A stretch of 63,270 nt of DNA, counting the filler, from Reticulomyxa filosa (Eukaryota; Protista; Foraminifera), in assembly GCA_000512085.1 (NCBI GenBank). It is 19 parts of 19 records of this genome, joined end to end, with 100 filler letters (N's around TTAATTAATTAA, not from the genome) between each part and the next. Parts side by side here need not be neighbours in the genome. Positions count along the whole stretch, not along the records: positions 9,400 to 13,707 come from ASPP01024036.1; positions 13,808 to 15,987 come from ASPP01027271.1; positions 16,088 to 19,648 come from ASPP01022051.1; positions 19,749 to 21,820 come from ASPP01008756.1; positions 21,921 to 25,109 come from ASPP01000577.1; positions 25,210 to 26,352 come from ASPP01026884.1; 13 more parts are not named here. One strand, given 5' to 3'. Positions 12,716-25,595 of the stretch are shown here, in pieces. A model generated the notes under the pieces. It was not told the DNA's origin. It was given only the letters and a program-made list of their open reading frames with translations, and did no database searches. Position 1 is the stretch's first letter, and every line of letters begins with the position of its first letter. The position numbers and the translations under genes are program-made.

Positions 12716-13707
12716 ATGACCGAGGCTGAAAATAACAATCCAAACCCCCCCTTGTATGGGGTTGATGGTGCATGGGATAATCCCGAAGTAGTAGAGAAAA
12801 CGGAAGAAAAAGTGCCACCATCGGAACAAGATTTGAACGTAGAAGAAAAAGACGTAGTAAAAGAGAAGAAAGTAGTGAAAGAGGAGGATGAGGAGTACGA
12901 CAGCGACAACATTGCAGCAAAAAGCGAGAACACAAAAGAGAGAGTGACATCAGCATCGAATATTTTCGACGACGTCGTTCCAATTGCAGCAGAGGGTGCA
13001 GAAGCTGAGTTTGAAGAAACATTATTGGATTCGATATACAAAGCGAAAATAATGATTTTAATAGCATTTTTGAAAATATTTAATTACGTAGTGCGATATA
13101 GCATTTGGGTTAGGATGTATATGTATATATATATATACGTATACGTATACGTATATACATATATATACATATACATACATATATATGCATGTATAATAAA
13201 CCATAACAAATGAAAAGGTGTTGTATGCAAGACAATTGATGGGGGATTCGGCAAGCCATCGCCATTTAGTGATCGGATTGGTGCTGTATTTGGGATACAT
13301 AGTGAGCGGATTGAGTGAGATAATCCTTCCGTGGATGTCGGACAACTATGGATTCGTCATGGTGATGATGTGGAGCTTGGCACTCGGTTCCGGCTTCATT
13401 TTGCTGGAAGGCATGGCGACGTCGATGGCCTGGCTTTCCATTTGCTATTTGTTTTCGTCCATGTGGACCCCTTCCTTCAGTCTGGGCTTGGGGTACATTA
13501 CCAAGATTTTGCCCTTACGATACTCGCGCATGTATTCTACCATCTTGCAAGCCGCGGTCATTTTCGGTGAAATTTTTGGGCCTGTCATGGCAAGGTTTTT
13601 TTTTTTTTTTTTTTTTATACGTTCTTTTTTTTTTTTAAAAAAGGGGGGTCCCATAAAATTCAAGGTTCATATATACCCTTTTTTTGGTCTATTCGATATG
13701 CACTCAA
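12716..13707 (+). CDS. Major facilitator superfamily transporter, 3' partial
   Basis: Acidic N-tail, intron 13109-13217, hydrophobic helices with motif-A-like PWMSDNYG and motif-C-like GEIFGPVMA. Confidence 0.75.
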
Positions 13708-13808
13708 NNNNNNNNNNNNNNNNNNNNNNNNNNNNNNNNNNNNNNNNNNNNTTAATTAATTAANNNNNNNNNNNNNNNNNNNNNNNNNNNNNNNNNNNNN
13801 NNNNNNNG

Positions 13809-14127
13809 CAAATTCAAGAGTTCAATGGACATAGATATCATGTATGGACTGTGGAATATTCGCCATTTACAGTAAATAATATTGAAATTTGTGGTAATTC
13901 AAATGTAATATGCTCAGGATCAATGGATAATACAATTCGTTTTTGGGATATTCGATCGAATAAAGAATCAATTGTATGCAATCAAAGGCTGTAGTAAAGA
14001 AGATAACGGGATAATATGTTTTAAATTTTTACAATTACAAAGGAAAAGAAAAAGCAGTGATAGCTATGATTGTAATATTAATCTGTGTTATGGCTCATAC
14101 AATGGTCCAATTCGTATTTGGGGGTAG
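13809..14127 (+). CDS. WD40-repeat family protein C-terminus (one frameshift; may be a pseudogene)
   Basis: FNGHRYHVWTVEYSPF...GNSNVICSGSMDNTIRFWDIRSN / ...LCYGSYNGPIRIWG*. Paralog of 19155-19648 and 61814-61975. Confidence 0.85.
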
Positions 14128-15120
14128 TATTGTATTTCGAACTAAAAGAGATTTTGTTGACTGATTTGCTTGTTTTTTTTGGATTGAATTAAATGAATAT
14201 ATTTTTCCTTCACTCAATTAACTTAGCATATTTCAAGCATTTCTTTTTCAAAATATTGTAACACATACAAAATTATATTCTTGACTGAATTGATTCGTGG
14301 CCGTTATTATTTGCATGAGTTATTAGATAGTTAAACCTTTACATATTTCATCAAAACGTGTAGTTTTTAAATCTCTGTCAAAAGACAAAGTGATTTCATT
14401 TTTCTTTGTGTTAGCTACAATATGCCCATTTATTTCAACATTATTTGGATATGAGCAGATAAATTTATATTCGTTTCTAAGTATATGACAAGAATAACAA
14501 TCTCTTTGAAAAAAGGAAAAATAAAGTTCTTTTTAATAGCCTTAAAAAAAATCAATAACTAAAGTTTGTTTTAAAAATGGGTAAATTATCAGGAAAAAAA
14601 CACAGTTAAGGTTTTTAAAAGTTTTTAATATCTAAATTGTGGTATTTGTTGTAAGTTATTCCTTAAAATAAATTCTTTATTTTACTCTTTTATTGCAATA
14701 TTGAAATATTTATGTTTATGGAAATAAAATATGTTTGCGCATTGAGAATTAAAAATTGTTAGTACTGTTTTATTTATTTTGGTATGTAACAAAAACTCCA
14801 AAACAAAATAATAAAAATTTTCAAAACGTTCGATTATCGTGAATGTAATAATTTTTTTATATTAAAATATTATAAAACTTCCATTGTAAATTTGCAAATT
14901 TTACTTTTTAAAAAATTCTTTGAATTTTGATGTAATCAATTAATAAAAATGAATAAAACTGTTGAAGTTGGGTTATTGCTTATTTGTTTATCAAGATTAG
15001 ATATGTTTTTCAAAATGAGTATTAGCAATAATTGGACAACTTGAGTGAAATTGTTTGTATTAAAAGTGAGTTAAACCCTTCAAGGATAGCTGTATATAAT
15101 CCCAATTTACAAAAAAAGTA

Positions 15121-15987
15121 ATGGCCGATACAGAGCATTTAGCTCGTCTAATTGAGATCGATTCAGGCGAGCCAAAGAAAGGTGGGGAGAGTTCGACACC
15201 ACCAAAGAAGGGCAATGGAGCAGGAAGCCCAAGAGGAGGAACGCGAGGGAACGTATCTGACGATGAAAGTTCGTCAGAGAACGAGAGTTCCGCAAGTCAG
15301 CACTCATCGTCAGGAGGTCCACGAAAGCGTCCAGTGGGGAAAGGAGCAACAGGATCAGTAACAGCAATCGGAGCGACAACAGCCACGATAGCCACCGAAG
15401 TGGGCAACAATGGGACAGCAAAAACGGGGAATGAAATGGAAATGACAACGACAACGGCGACGACGGCGACAACAACAACAGCAACAACAAAAGGGGGACA
15501 CAACTCTCAAGGTTCAGTAAAAAAAGGGATCCCCACGTCAAGTGGTGAGCCTTCTCTGAACGTTCCGAGACGTTGCGAATGTAGCAAGAAGCGAGGGTCG
15601 GAATGGATAGTGGTATGCATTTGTGTGATCCTATTTTTTTGGTGGGTTGTTTTTGATGTCGAACATTCGACATTATACGCAAATCCTAATCGATTGGATA
15701 TCCACCTTTGATGAAACGTATGGCCTGGCGTCACTATTTTTTGCATGGATCAACATCACTGTGTTTCTGCTGAGTGGCATCGATAGCATCCTAATGATGG
15801 GCTTTGGCTTCATTTTCGGCAGCATTGTCGGCTCGATCACGTGCTGGGTCAGCTCCTTCATCGCATGCGTTTCCACGTGGTACTTGGGCCATGTCGTCCT
15901 GCGACCCATTGTTTTCAACTTTTTCAGCAAATATGAAACCTATCGATTACTCGACCGATGTTTGAAGGATTTCGGATTGTTGGTTTG
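15121..15987 (+). CDS. TVP38/TMEM64 (DedA/VTT, SNARE-associated Golgi) family protein, 3' partial
   Basis: Disordered N-terminus, frameshift in the T-run at ~15634-15640, then LMMGFGFIFGSIVGSITCWVSSFIACVSTWYLGH..LR...YRLLDRCLKDFG, typical of the VTT domain. Confidence 0.75.
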
Positions 15988-16088
15988 NNNNNNNNNNNNN
16001 NNNNNNNNNNNNNNNNNNNNNNNNNNNNNNNTTAATTAATTAANNNNNNNNNNNNNNNNNNNNNNNNNNNNNNNNNNNNNNNNNNNNT

Positions 16089-16622
16089 TCTTCATCCAAA
16101 ATCGATTGCTCAGAATTAGGATATCCAAGTGATCAAGGTCCTGGAAAGGGTGGATGTGGATATGCAAGTGGTGGAGGAGGATATGGAACAAAAGGAGGGG
16201 AAGAAGATGTGTTATCAGATGATGGAAGAGGTGGGGGAATGTATGGAGAAGAGACTTTATTGAAAGAAATCCATTTTGGAAGTGGTGGAGGAAGAACAAG
16301 TTTGATCTCACGTGGAGGAAGTGGTGGTGGAATAATTGAATTGATAATTGGACAACAATTAATCAATTATGGTTTAATCCAATCAAATGGAGGAGATGGA
16401 GGATATAGTGGAGGTGGTGGTGGAAGTGGAGGATCAATATTGATAGAGTTACAAAATCACAAATTCATTCAAATATTTGGAACTATTAAATGTATTGGAG
16501 GGAATCAATGTCAAATGAATGAAGGTGGAAAAGGAAGAATTGCGATTTATGGTATTGAATTATCGCCAGATAAGATCAAAGATATTGATCCAAAACCTTT
16601 TAATAAGATTCATAAAACATAA
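16089..16622 (+). CDS. Glycine-rich domain protein C-terminus, 5' partial
   Basis: Open frame from the contig start: IDCSELGYP..GPGKG...GGGGYGTKG...YGEETLLKEIHFGSGGG...GGGIIEL...GGGSGGSILIE...GGKGRIAIYG. Confidence 0.75.
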   Translation, partial: SSSKIDCSELGYPSDQGPGKGGCGYASGGGGYGTKGGEEDVLSDDGRGGGMYGEETLLKEIHFGSGGGRTSLISRGGSGGGIIELIIGQQLINYGLIQSNGGDGGYSGGGGGSGGSILIELQNHKFIQIFGTIKCIGGNQCQMNEGGKGRIAIYGIELSPDKIKDIDPKPFNKIHKT

Positions 16623-17679
16623 ATGTATTATCTTAATTGTGTCATGTAGACTTTTCAATACTTTAAATGTTTTTTGTAGTTTGATAGTTTTCATTGTATT
16701 AGTTTGTTTCAAACACGATTAGAAAGGCAACTGTTAAAAAATGCCTCACTTTAGATGGTGATGAAACTTTGGATTGATGTTCAAAGTAATTCATAACAAT
16801 CAAATGTTATCAAGAGATATACAATTGTGTTTTTATATCCCAAATCAAGTTTTTATGATATCTCGAAATACTCTAGTTTTCATCTTGTAATTCGAGTTCA
16901 ACTAGAAATTGCTATATGTTATTAATTTCACATGAATATAATCAGTCTTCAAAGTTTAAAAGCTTCTTCGTAATATTGAAATTGAAAGAAGGCAAATTTT
17001 CCTGTTATTCTATTGTGACATCTCTAAAATACAGAATATTTTTTGCGTGTGCATTTCAACTTTTAATTGTTGGCCATTGATAATATCTTGACCACCATTG
17101 TAAACAATTTTAAAATTGAATGTAAAGTGCATTTTTTTTAGTTGTTACTGGTTATTAAGAAACAAAAAAATTAAAAAAGTTCTTTCTCATCACATTTTTT
17201 TAAAGTGGTAATGTTCTGCACAATCCAAAAAGACATATTACAAGAATATACGCAACAATAACATCGAGAATTTAACAAAAAAGTTCTTCGACTGTTCCAT
17301 ATTTCAAAATCAATAATTACTCATGAATTCCCTTTTCTTATGAATAAAAAAGAAGGATTATTGTTCTCCTTTTCATATCATTTTCACACTGGAATCACAC
17401 CACAAAAGTGTGCTGATAAGATTTTTGTGATGAAAAAATGTGATGTAAATGTTTTCATTTAGATTAGATTTGTTGATAGCTTTATAGTAAAAGGACCATT
17501 TGTTTTCGTAAGTCTCTTTTTGCATTGGTGCCACCAATGTTGACCAAATAAAACCTTTCCAACGTTTTAGACTTTTTTGTTTGTTTGAAAATGTGGACAC
17601 TAGTTTCTTAAGATGATAAATTACCAATGTAATTTTTTCTCTCTTTTTGTGTTGTGTATTTTGCTTCGAAGAAAAATCT

Positions 17680-17941
17680 GAACAATGTTTTGACAGAATT
17701 GGATATTGCAATTAAACACACAAGAACAAATCAGTCATTTTATTTATTTGATTTACAAACAAGTAGCAATTCAGTTGAAATCAATTGTTCTCAGTACAAA
17801 GACATGGATAAAGCATTGATTTCTGGAGAGAATTGTTTAAAACAATTTCTTAACAGTAATAACAATACATGTCCTGTTCAGCCTCATAATGATTGTCAGT
17901 ACTACTTAATCAAAAAAATAAAAAAAGGAATAAAAGAATAA
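17680..17941 (+). pseudogene. Decayed RING/TRAF-like zinc-finger N-terminal domain
   Basis: Frameshifted WILQLNTQEQISHFIYLIYKQVA / VEINCSQY...GENCLKQFL..NNNTCPVQPH. The expected CxxC reads YxxY. Confidence 0.6.
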
Positions 17942-18499
17942 AAAAATGGTTTACAGCAAGTTAGGTTTGAGATATGCTCTATCAAATCTAGGTAAATTTT
18001 TATTCTCTTTTCTTGATTTGCTATCTTCAAGTAGTGTTGTTATCATTATATTGGGCATTAAGAAAAAGATTTCATTTTCAAAAATATGAAAAACTAAATA
18101 TTATAAATTGTTATTCATGTTGGGTAAAAATGATCATATTTATATTTTTTTGTATATTCTGGTAATAATTCAATTGGGTTTTTAATATGTTGATATTTGG
18201 AAGAGCAATCAATTAGGCAAAGATTTACTCAATTTTGTTGTTTTAAAAATGTATGTTTTAATTGTACTGATTGTCAATTTAATTGCAAAAACAATGTTTT
18301 ACTAAATGATCAAAACAAATTTTAGATCATATCTCCAATATAAATTAGACAATAACAGAGATTGATATTATCTCTACAAATAATCACAATAATATTACTT
18401 TATTTGATCAACTAAATCTGTTCAGACTTAAACATTGATCTAAAACAAATAAATATTGCAATGTTGAGCATTGTTTGTTTGTGGGTTCTTCATAATCTG

Positions 18500-18650
18500 C
18501 CAAAGAGGAAGAGAAAACTTCAGTATTGATTGCAACAAATATGCTTACTTATGGCATAGAATTATTTGTCAAAATTGGTTATTAATTATGAAATATCTAT
18601 CAATCAGAGAGAGCCGGAAAACATGATATCACTTTTGTCAGTGATTTGTT
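18500..18650 (+). pseudogene. DEAD-box helicase C-terminal remnant
   Basis: KTSVLIATNMLTYGIE / LVINYEI / RAGKHDITFV resemble motifs V-VI (VLIAT.V.ARGID...VINY...GRAG...ITFV), with frameshifts. Confidence 0.4.
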
Positions 18651-19154
18651 CATCCACAAGGTTGATTACATTAATTGACTTGGTATGCATGGTGCGTGTA
18701 TTAGTTTGATTCATGACAAGACGTTAAGCTTTATATGGTATACAAAAAAAAGTGAGCAAATATCTGTTATTTTATCAATTTTTTTTAATAAATAAGCCAT
18801 CAGACTATCAGGCAATAATAATAAAAAAAAAGTATTTATGTACATGAATACACTTTCATAGAAATATTTTAAACAATAGGGATTGAAAAAAAAAGAATAG
18901 ATTAGGTGATTATGACAATGTTAATATTTCCATTAAAAAAACATATATTTTCTCTTTTTCCATAGCATGTGATTAGCAAGTATTGCATATCATTAAAAAT
19001 GCTGTTTGTGCAACTCTGAAATACTCAACGTAAGCGTATTTGAACGCAGTCAATTAACAAACAAAATGTCATGTAAAAGAAGAAAATAATTAAAATATTA
19101 TCTCATTTAATTCGTTAAAAAATTATTCAAAATTTTTGTCAGCGAAAAATGATA

Positions 19155-19648
19155 TTATCCCCAAATGTGAATATGTCTATGTGAACCATAACACAAACTA
19201 ACAAGATCTTCATTGCTTTTGGTATTCTTTAATTGTAAAAATTTAAGGCAATTTATTCCATTATCTTTTTCAATAACATACAATTCATTCTTATTTGATC
19301 GAATATCCCAAAAACGAATTGTATTATCAATTGATCCAGAACATATCACATTTGAATTACCAATACTATTCTTTATTACAAATGGTGAATATTCAACAGT
19401 ATTCACATTATCTGTATGTCCATTGAAAACTTGAATTTGTTGATTAAATCGAATATCCCACAAGCGAACACTTTTATCAGATGATCCAGATAATATTGTA
19501 TTTAATAATTCATTTGATCCATATTTTACACTATTCACATAATCTGCATGTCCTTTGAATAAATTGAATAGTTTTGTTGTTGCAATATCCCATATTCGAA
19601 TGGTTTTATCAAATGATCCAGAACAAATTGTATATCCATTTCCACCAA
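19155..19648 (-). CDS. WD40-repeat family protein C-terminus, 5' partial
   Basis: Open to the contig end: GGNGYTICSGSFDKTIRIWD..FKGH..VNSVKYGSNELLNTILSGSSDKSVRLWD..FNGH...DNTIRFWD...IHIWG*. Confidence 0.92.
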
Positions 19649-19749
19649 NNNNNNNNNNNNNNNNNNNNNNNNNNNNNNNNNNNNNNNNNNNNTTAATTAA
19701 TTAANNNNNNNNNNNNNNNNNNNNNNNNNNNNNNNNNNNNNNNNNNNNT

Positions 19750-20016
19750 TCTTCTTCTTCTTCTCAGGAACAATCAAAAAAACCTATCCCTAAAAATAAA
19801 TCTATTCGTCGTAACAAGTCTTTATCTTTTTTATCATCATCTAAACATGATGATTCCATTGTTAGTCCAGTCACTTCTCCTGCTCCTGCTCCTACTTCTT
19901 CATCCCCTATTCAGGACAATTGGGTCACTGTCCCAGTTGTTCGTCTGGAAACTGTTGACACAAAAGTCCAAAAACGAAAACTTCGCAAATGTGCTTCGGC
20001 TTGTCCTAAACAGTGA
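19750..20016 (+). CDS. Ser/Pro-rich C-terminal fragment of an unknown protein
   Basis: Open frame from the contig start (SSSSSQEQSKKPIPKNK...KCASACPKQ*) followed by T-rich UTR-like sequence. Confidence 0.45.
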   Translation, partial: SSSSSQEQSKKPIPKNKSIRRNKSLSFLSSSKHDDSIVSPVTSPAPAPTSSSPIQDNWVTVPVVRLETVDTKVQKRKLRKCASACPKQ

Positions 20017-21064
20017 TTATTTCCCATTGTTTTTTTATTGTTCTATTGCTTTTATTACCTATTGCCTTCTTGTCCTTGTTTGTTTGTTTTTAAGGTGAAA
20101 CAAACATGATCTTACCATTGTTTATTTTTTCGCAAGTGTCATTGTGAACATGTCTAATTTAGATCACAAAACATCCTTTTATAACTTCCTTTTTTTTTTT
20201 TTCGCCTTAAAAAAAAATAAAATTCAATGAGGATTTTCTTTTGTCATAACAATTGTACATTTCAAATTTTTTGATAGTATTATTTGTCGCTTTTGGAAAA
20301 AGGTATTTATTAAGTGAGGACATGCTCTCAATGATTATTATTATTTGTTTTTTTTAAAAAAGACAATTTGTTGGGATCTCTTACTTTTATCTTCAAACAA
20401 AAAATTACAAATTCAGAAAAGGCCATCTTTTCAACTCGTTGGAGATGATGGTGAGTCCTCATGTAAGCAACAAGCATTTCCAAAAAATGCTTAGATTTGA
20501 ATCTATTATATATTTAACGTTTTATTTGTTTTTACTGCTTTTTCATTTTTTAAAAAATTGTATTACAACACATGTTTTTGTTGTGACTTTGGAAGCTGAG
20601 TGTAATTATTTGTGAGAGCCTTATCATGCATTATCAACACTTACTCGAAACTCATATTCCAGTAAAGGAGTTTTTGTTAACGCTAATAATTAGATAAGAA
20701 TGATAGTGCTTGTTATGAGTTTTTTTTGTATATTTTATCAACTTCCTAGTCCCCTAGGACAGATCCAAGAGTTGTCAGTGATTCTCTTATGGCTAAACCA
20801 TTTATTGAAAATTTGTAGAAAACATTTTAGTAGAAGAAAAAAGTTTAGTATTAAATTGAAATGATCTCACGTGAGCTTTAATTATTTCATTGTACTTCTC
20901 CAAAGACAGTTGTTAAAAAACACATTATTATGAAAGCGAATATTCGTTAATAATTATCGTTTTGTCCCAGACATCTATTTGCAAATGAGTTAAACCAAAA
21001 AGGTTAGTTTTTGTAGAACACTTTTGGGCAAAAAAAAAGTTTGCAATTCCATCATCAGCACTCG

Positions 21065-21820
21065 ATGCATTCAAATGGACTTTCATTTTTTAATAATGGC
21101 GTGGATGATTCAGATCGTCGGTTCCTGACGAGCCAAACAGAGAAAGCGACAGATTCAAGACAGACCCATACTCGTCATCATCACAACGAAGCGAACAAAA
21201 CACACGGATGCGAAAGGAATTACCCTCAGCATCACATGACTCATCCGTCAAATCAAAACTTTAACATGGATACAATGGGAGACACAACAATTGGTTACCA
21301 CAGTGTTCCAAGAAAAATTCCGGAATTGCTAGTTCCACCACCATCTTTGCAGTTGTCGTCTCATCATTACAATGGATACCTACCAGCGACACCAACAATG
21401 GGAAATCTACGACCATCAGTAAACTATGGAAATCACGTAAATAACAATAACAATAACAATAACAATCATAACCATAATCACAATCATGGCCACAATCACA
21501 ATCATAACTATAATCATAATCATAACCATAATCACAGCCACAACAATATCCACTTTGAAAGTAGTCCAAATAGTGGTCGAACCGCCAACAATTTCAACAA
21601 TTTTAATAGTTTCAATGGTTACAATAGTTTTAATAATAGTAACAATACTGACACTGATTATGGAGGTAACAGTGGTTTGGATTTTCCAATGCTCAATTTT
21701 AATAGTGATACCAATACTATTAGTACCACGTCTAATATGAACACGAACATTAGCAATGGCATGAATAACAATAACACTAACAATAATAATAATGCTAATA
21801 ATAACAATAATAATAATAAT
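21065..21820 (+). CDS. Asn/His-rich low-complexity protein, 3' partial
   Basis: Uninterrupted ORF with (NH)n and poly-N tracts running to the contig end. Confidence 0.65.
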
Positions 21821-22009
21821 NNNNNNNNNNNNNNNNNNNNNNNNNNNNNNNNNNNNNNNNNNNNTTAATTAATTAANNNNNNNNNNNNNNNNNNNNNNNN
21901 NNNNNNNNNNNNNNNNNNNNAAAAATATTATAAAATGTCATGGTGCAAATGCAAGTGCAAACTAATTAAAGCTTCAAAAAATTTTCAAATGATATTTTTC
22001 TCCAACCCA

Positions 22010-22150
22010 AAAAAAGTTATTCAAAAATCAATATCATATTTAAAAACTACAAGGCTTGTAGATATTTTTTTTTAAAAAAATTAGCTTTAAATGTTTGTTT
22101 TTCATTAAGAAAATCTATAAGGTGGCATTTTAGATGTTCAGTTTTTTTTG
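22010..22150 (-). repeat. Dispersed ~140-bp non-coding repeat, copy 1
   Basis: Its reverse complement aligns with 57490-57640. Identical core CTAAAATGCCACCTTATAGA plus ATGAAAAA.AACATTTAA, AAAAATATCTAC and AGTTTTTAAATAT. Confidence 0.8.
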
Positions 22151-22599
22151 CAGCCTACTGTAGTAGTAGTATTTGTTGTTGTTATTGCATTACATTTGTA
22201 TTCACTGTTACACTTACTGTTACAGCCACACTTTCACCTTGATCTCTCAATCTGTTGACATATTCCTGTAAGTATTGATACTACTTCTTTTTACATCAAT
22301 AAAATCAAATATCAATACGATTATTTTGTATTGTTCTTTGTACAATTAAAGTACCTTTATGAACACGAATACCTAATGCAGTTAATCTTCTCATTTCTTT
22401 AAATAAAGTGACCCTGCACAAAAAATAAAAGATCCAGTATCAAATTGTTCTATAATATGCTTAGGATCTAATTTAGTAGCAAATCGTGCAATTAATTGTG
22501 CTAATTATTGTCTTATATTATATCTTTCTTGCCATTTTTCACATATACGAAACATTTCCCCAGGATCACTAGACTGTCCTATGTTAGAACGTAATTGTT

Positions 22600-23400
22600 T
22601 TTCTACTTCTTCTATGTAATTATTATAATGATCTACACATTGTTTCTATTTGTGAATCTAATTGCATTTTCCTTTCTTTCCATCTTTCACTATGCTCTTT
22701 TTTTTCTTTATTCGCTCTTCCTTATAATTCTTTACCTTTTCATCTTTTTCATCTTTCTCTCAATGCTATCTTTTTTCTATATCGTGTATCGCTTGCGCCT
22801 CTTTTTCTGCTCTTTTTTTTTCCCTTCTTTTATTTGTGTTCATTTCCTTCTCTTTTTCCTTGTCCTTGTTCTTGTGCGAATCGATCCGGAAGATGTATTG
22901 ACTCCTCCAACTCTTCCTCCTCCTTTTTCTCCCGTGGCAGTGACAAATCCATCGGTGGATGAAGTCGTCAACGATGCTTTTGATTGGCCTCTTTGAGAGG
23001 TCGGGATCGAAGCATCATTAGCATAGGCGAGTCAGTCACTACAGAATATAGCTCAATTGTTGACTCGTCTACTTTCATATTTTGCGCCGACAGCACACGT
23101 CTTTTGTATTTCCATTTCGCTCAAATTTAATCTTTTCGACATCACAAATCAACGGCTTGAGTTTGGACAAATGCAACAGCTGTTCTGCTTCTTCCAAAGA
23201 CCTGTTCTTTTAAAATGGCATAGTGATGACGCTCTCGTTTGTGTACGAAAAGGTGGAGAAGGTTGTGGTGGAAATGAGTTTAAATCCAATAAGGTGGTAG
23301 CTTGGTTTGATGATGACTGTTGTGTTGAGACACCCTTCTTTGGGTCGTCTTCATGTCTTCCGCTCTCCACAAATCGACCCTTCAATTGAAAGGGTTTTCG
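22600..23400 (-). pseudogene. Decayed protein-kinase-like gene
   Basis: Fragments SPPF and LTRLC**CFDPDLSKRP.IKSIVDD (subdomain XI-like C..DP..RP), a charged tail, and several stops and frameshifts. Confidence 0.35.
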
Positions 23401-24129
23401 TTAGAAAATTTCCGTAAACGAGTCCGTTCACTGGAACTTGTCTGTGTCTTGCCTTCGGGCGACTTTATCAACGGATAAAATGCCAACTTTTGAAAAAGTC
23501 ATAAATCTTGATTTATATATTTTCACTATAACGTAAGTAAGTATTTGAGATTTTACAATGATATTGCAAATTTCATAATGATCTTTTTTTGTACACGTCA
23601 TGTGTATGTTTTTTTTTTGGAGGTAATTCATTATTTCGAAACAACAAATATTTAAAATGCGACTATTGTAAGAAAGATAAACAATGGAAAAAATCCAATA
23701 ACAAAATATTAAAATTGGAAACCTAGTTTTTTTTTCCATTATCAACAAAAAAAATTCTTGATAGGCTTTTTCTCAATCCAATAAATAATAGGGAAAAACT
23801 GTTTCTTTTGAACGATTTGTAACAGTAACACCTTTTTGCGATTTATCAATGCATTGTAAATCTCTTGGGGCTGTGTCGTCAATTTTTTTTTTGGAAAAAA
23901 AAACCCTTCAATATTGACATTCCAATGTCATTTTATACTTTTTTCTTTGACTAAATTTTATCTTTTGGGACATGATTATAAACATTAGCGCTTTGTCCTT
24001 CTTTGCAAAGGCAAAAAAACAATTTTTGGCAAAGGATTGGCTATTATATCATTGACATATCGTAGCTGCCATTGCGACGACTGCAACAGCGTCTATTCTT
24101 ATCATTTGGGTTTGCAATTATTTTTGTTC

Positions 24130-24480
24130 AAAATTTTTCACTTCTTAGCTTTTTTGTTTTCCGCAGTTACTTGTCCTGCAATACCACAATGATCAACAGT
24201 ATATCCAACAAATACCTATTTTTACTTTCTGACAATCAAGCAAACTTCTACATGTTGGACCAATCTTATTGTTTTAATCTTTTGCGATGCGTAGTAATGC
24301 AAATTTATTGTTCAATTCAAAAATCCGTCAACATAAGTAACTTTGTTGTAATGTTAAACGTTCCATTTCCTCGAATACAGCCTTTTATTGATAGACTCCA
24401 AAAAAAATAGAGTATTTTTTTACACTTTCAACCAAAAGTAGAGTGGAAAAAACTACCTTGATTTCCTAGATCGCTTTTGA
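24130..24480 (-). mobile_element. Degenerate RNase H-like remnant, possibly from a retroelement
   Basis: LLMLTD ... KVKIGICWI / DHCGIAGQVTAENKKAK resembles RNase HI TDS and W..xHxGxxGNExADxxAK. Heavily decayed. Confidence 0.35.
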
Positions 24481-25595
24481 TCATTTATTTGGAAAGTTAT
24501 GATTGAGTACAAATTTATCAATTGCAATTAAAATTATTTTATAACTATCGTTCAAATATGTAATATTTCTTGAATGTATTGGGGTACAGAAGTAGAAACA
24601 ATCCAACATGAAAGAATCATTTCACAAAAACTGTTTTTTTGTTCTTTTTATCATGTTCATCCTAAACTTGTTTGTGATAAAATGAATGTCTAATCTGTCA
24701 GCTCCAAAATACAAAATATTATTGAAGAAAACATTTTGAATAATAATTGACGATTGTTCGGCCAAACCAATTTCATCAAATAAAAATAATATAATAGTGG
24801 TTTTGTCAGTGGAAGATCTTCAGCCTGATCACATAATTCTTTGTAGCACTTGATTTGCAATTTCTTGTGCCTTGAAATAAAATGCATTGCAATGGTATCA
24901 CATTGAAATGAAATTGATTATATTTCAACTTTTGATGGAACTGTCTAATATTGCAATGAGACAATGTATCAAGCACAATCTGCAAAAATAAAATTTTAAA
25001 AGTGCCAAACCTAGCAAAGGCTTTATTTAAAAATATTTAATTTCAGTCTTTTTTTCCCCCAAAAAAATATGCCTGTTTCATTCTTGTATGAAAAATACAT
25101 ATTTTGAAANNNNNNNNNNNNNNNNNNNNNNNNNNNNNNNNNNNNNNNNNNNNTTAATTAATTAANNNNNNNNNNNNNNNNNNNNNNNNNNNNNNNNNNN
25201 NNNNNNNNNCAACAAATAATATTTTAATTTTTTAAACAAAAAAAACAAACAAAAACAATACTTTCGTCGAACGGAACCCGGTCCTAATTTCCACTCCAAT
25301 TCCTATTTTTTCTTGAAATATGATGCAATGCATCAAACAAAACATTTTTGTCTATAAAAGGGGGGGGAGCAAATAAATACATTTTTTCATTGATTGGGGC
25401 ATGCCTATTGATAATGACAAACAAAATCATATTATTATAATAGATAAAAAAGTACACACAAATGTACAAACCCTTTTTTTTATTTTTTCATACGATGTGG
25501 ACTTCAACCCATTATTTTTTTTCATAGATAAGGGTAAGATACAACTTTTCTTTTTTTTTTTATACTGGGACAGCTATCATAAAACAAATCACAAT

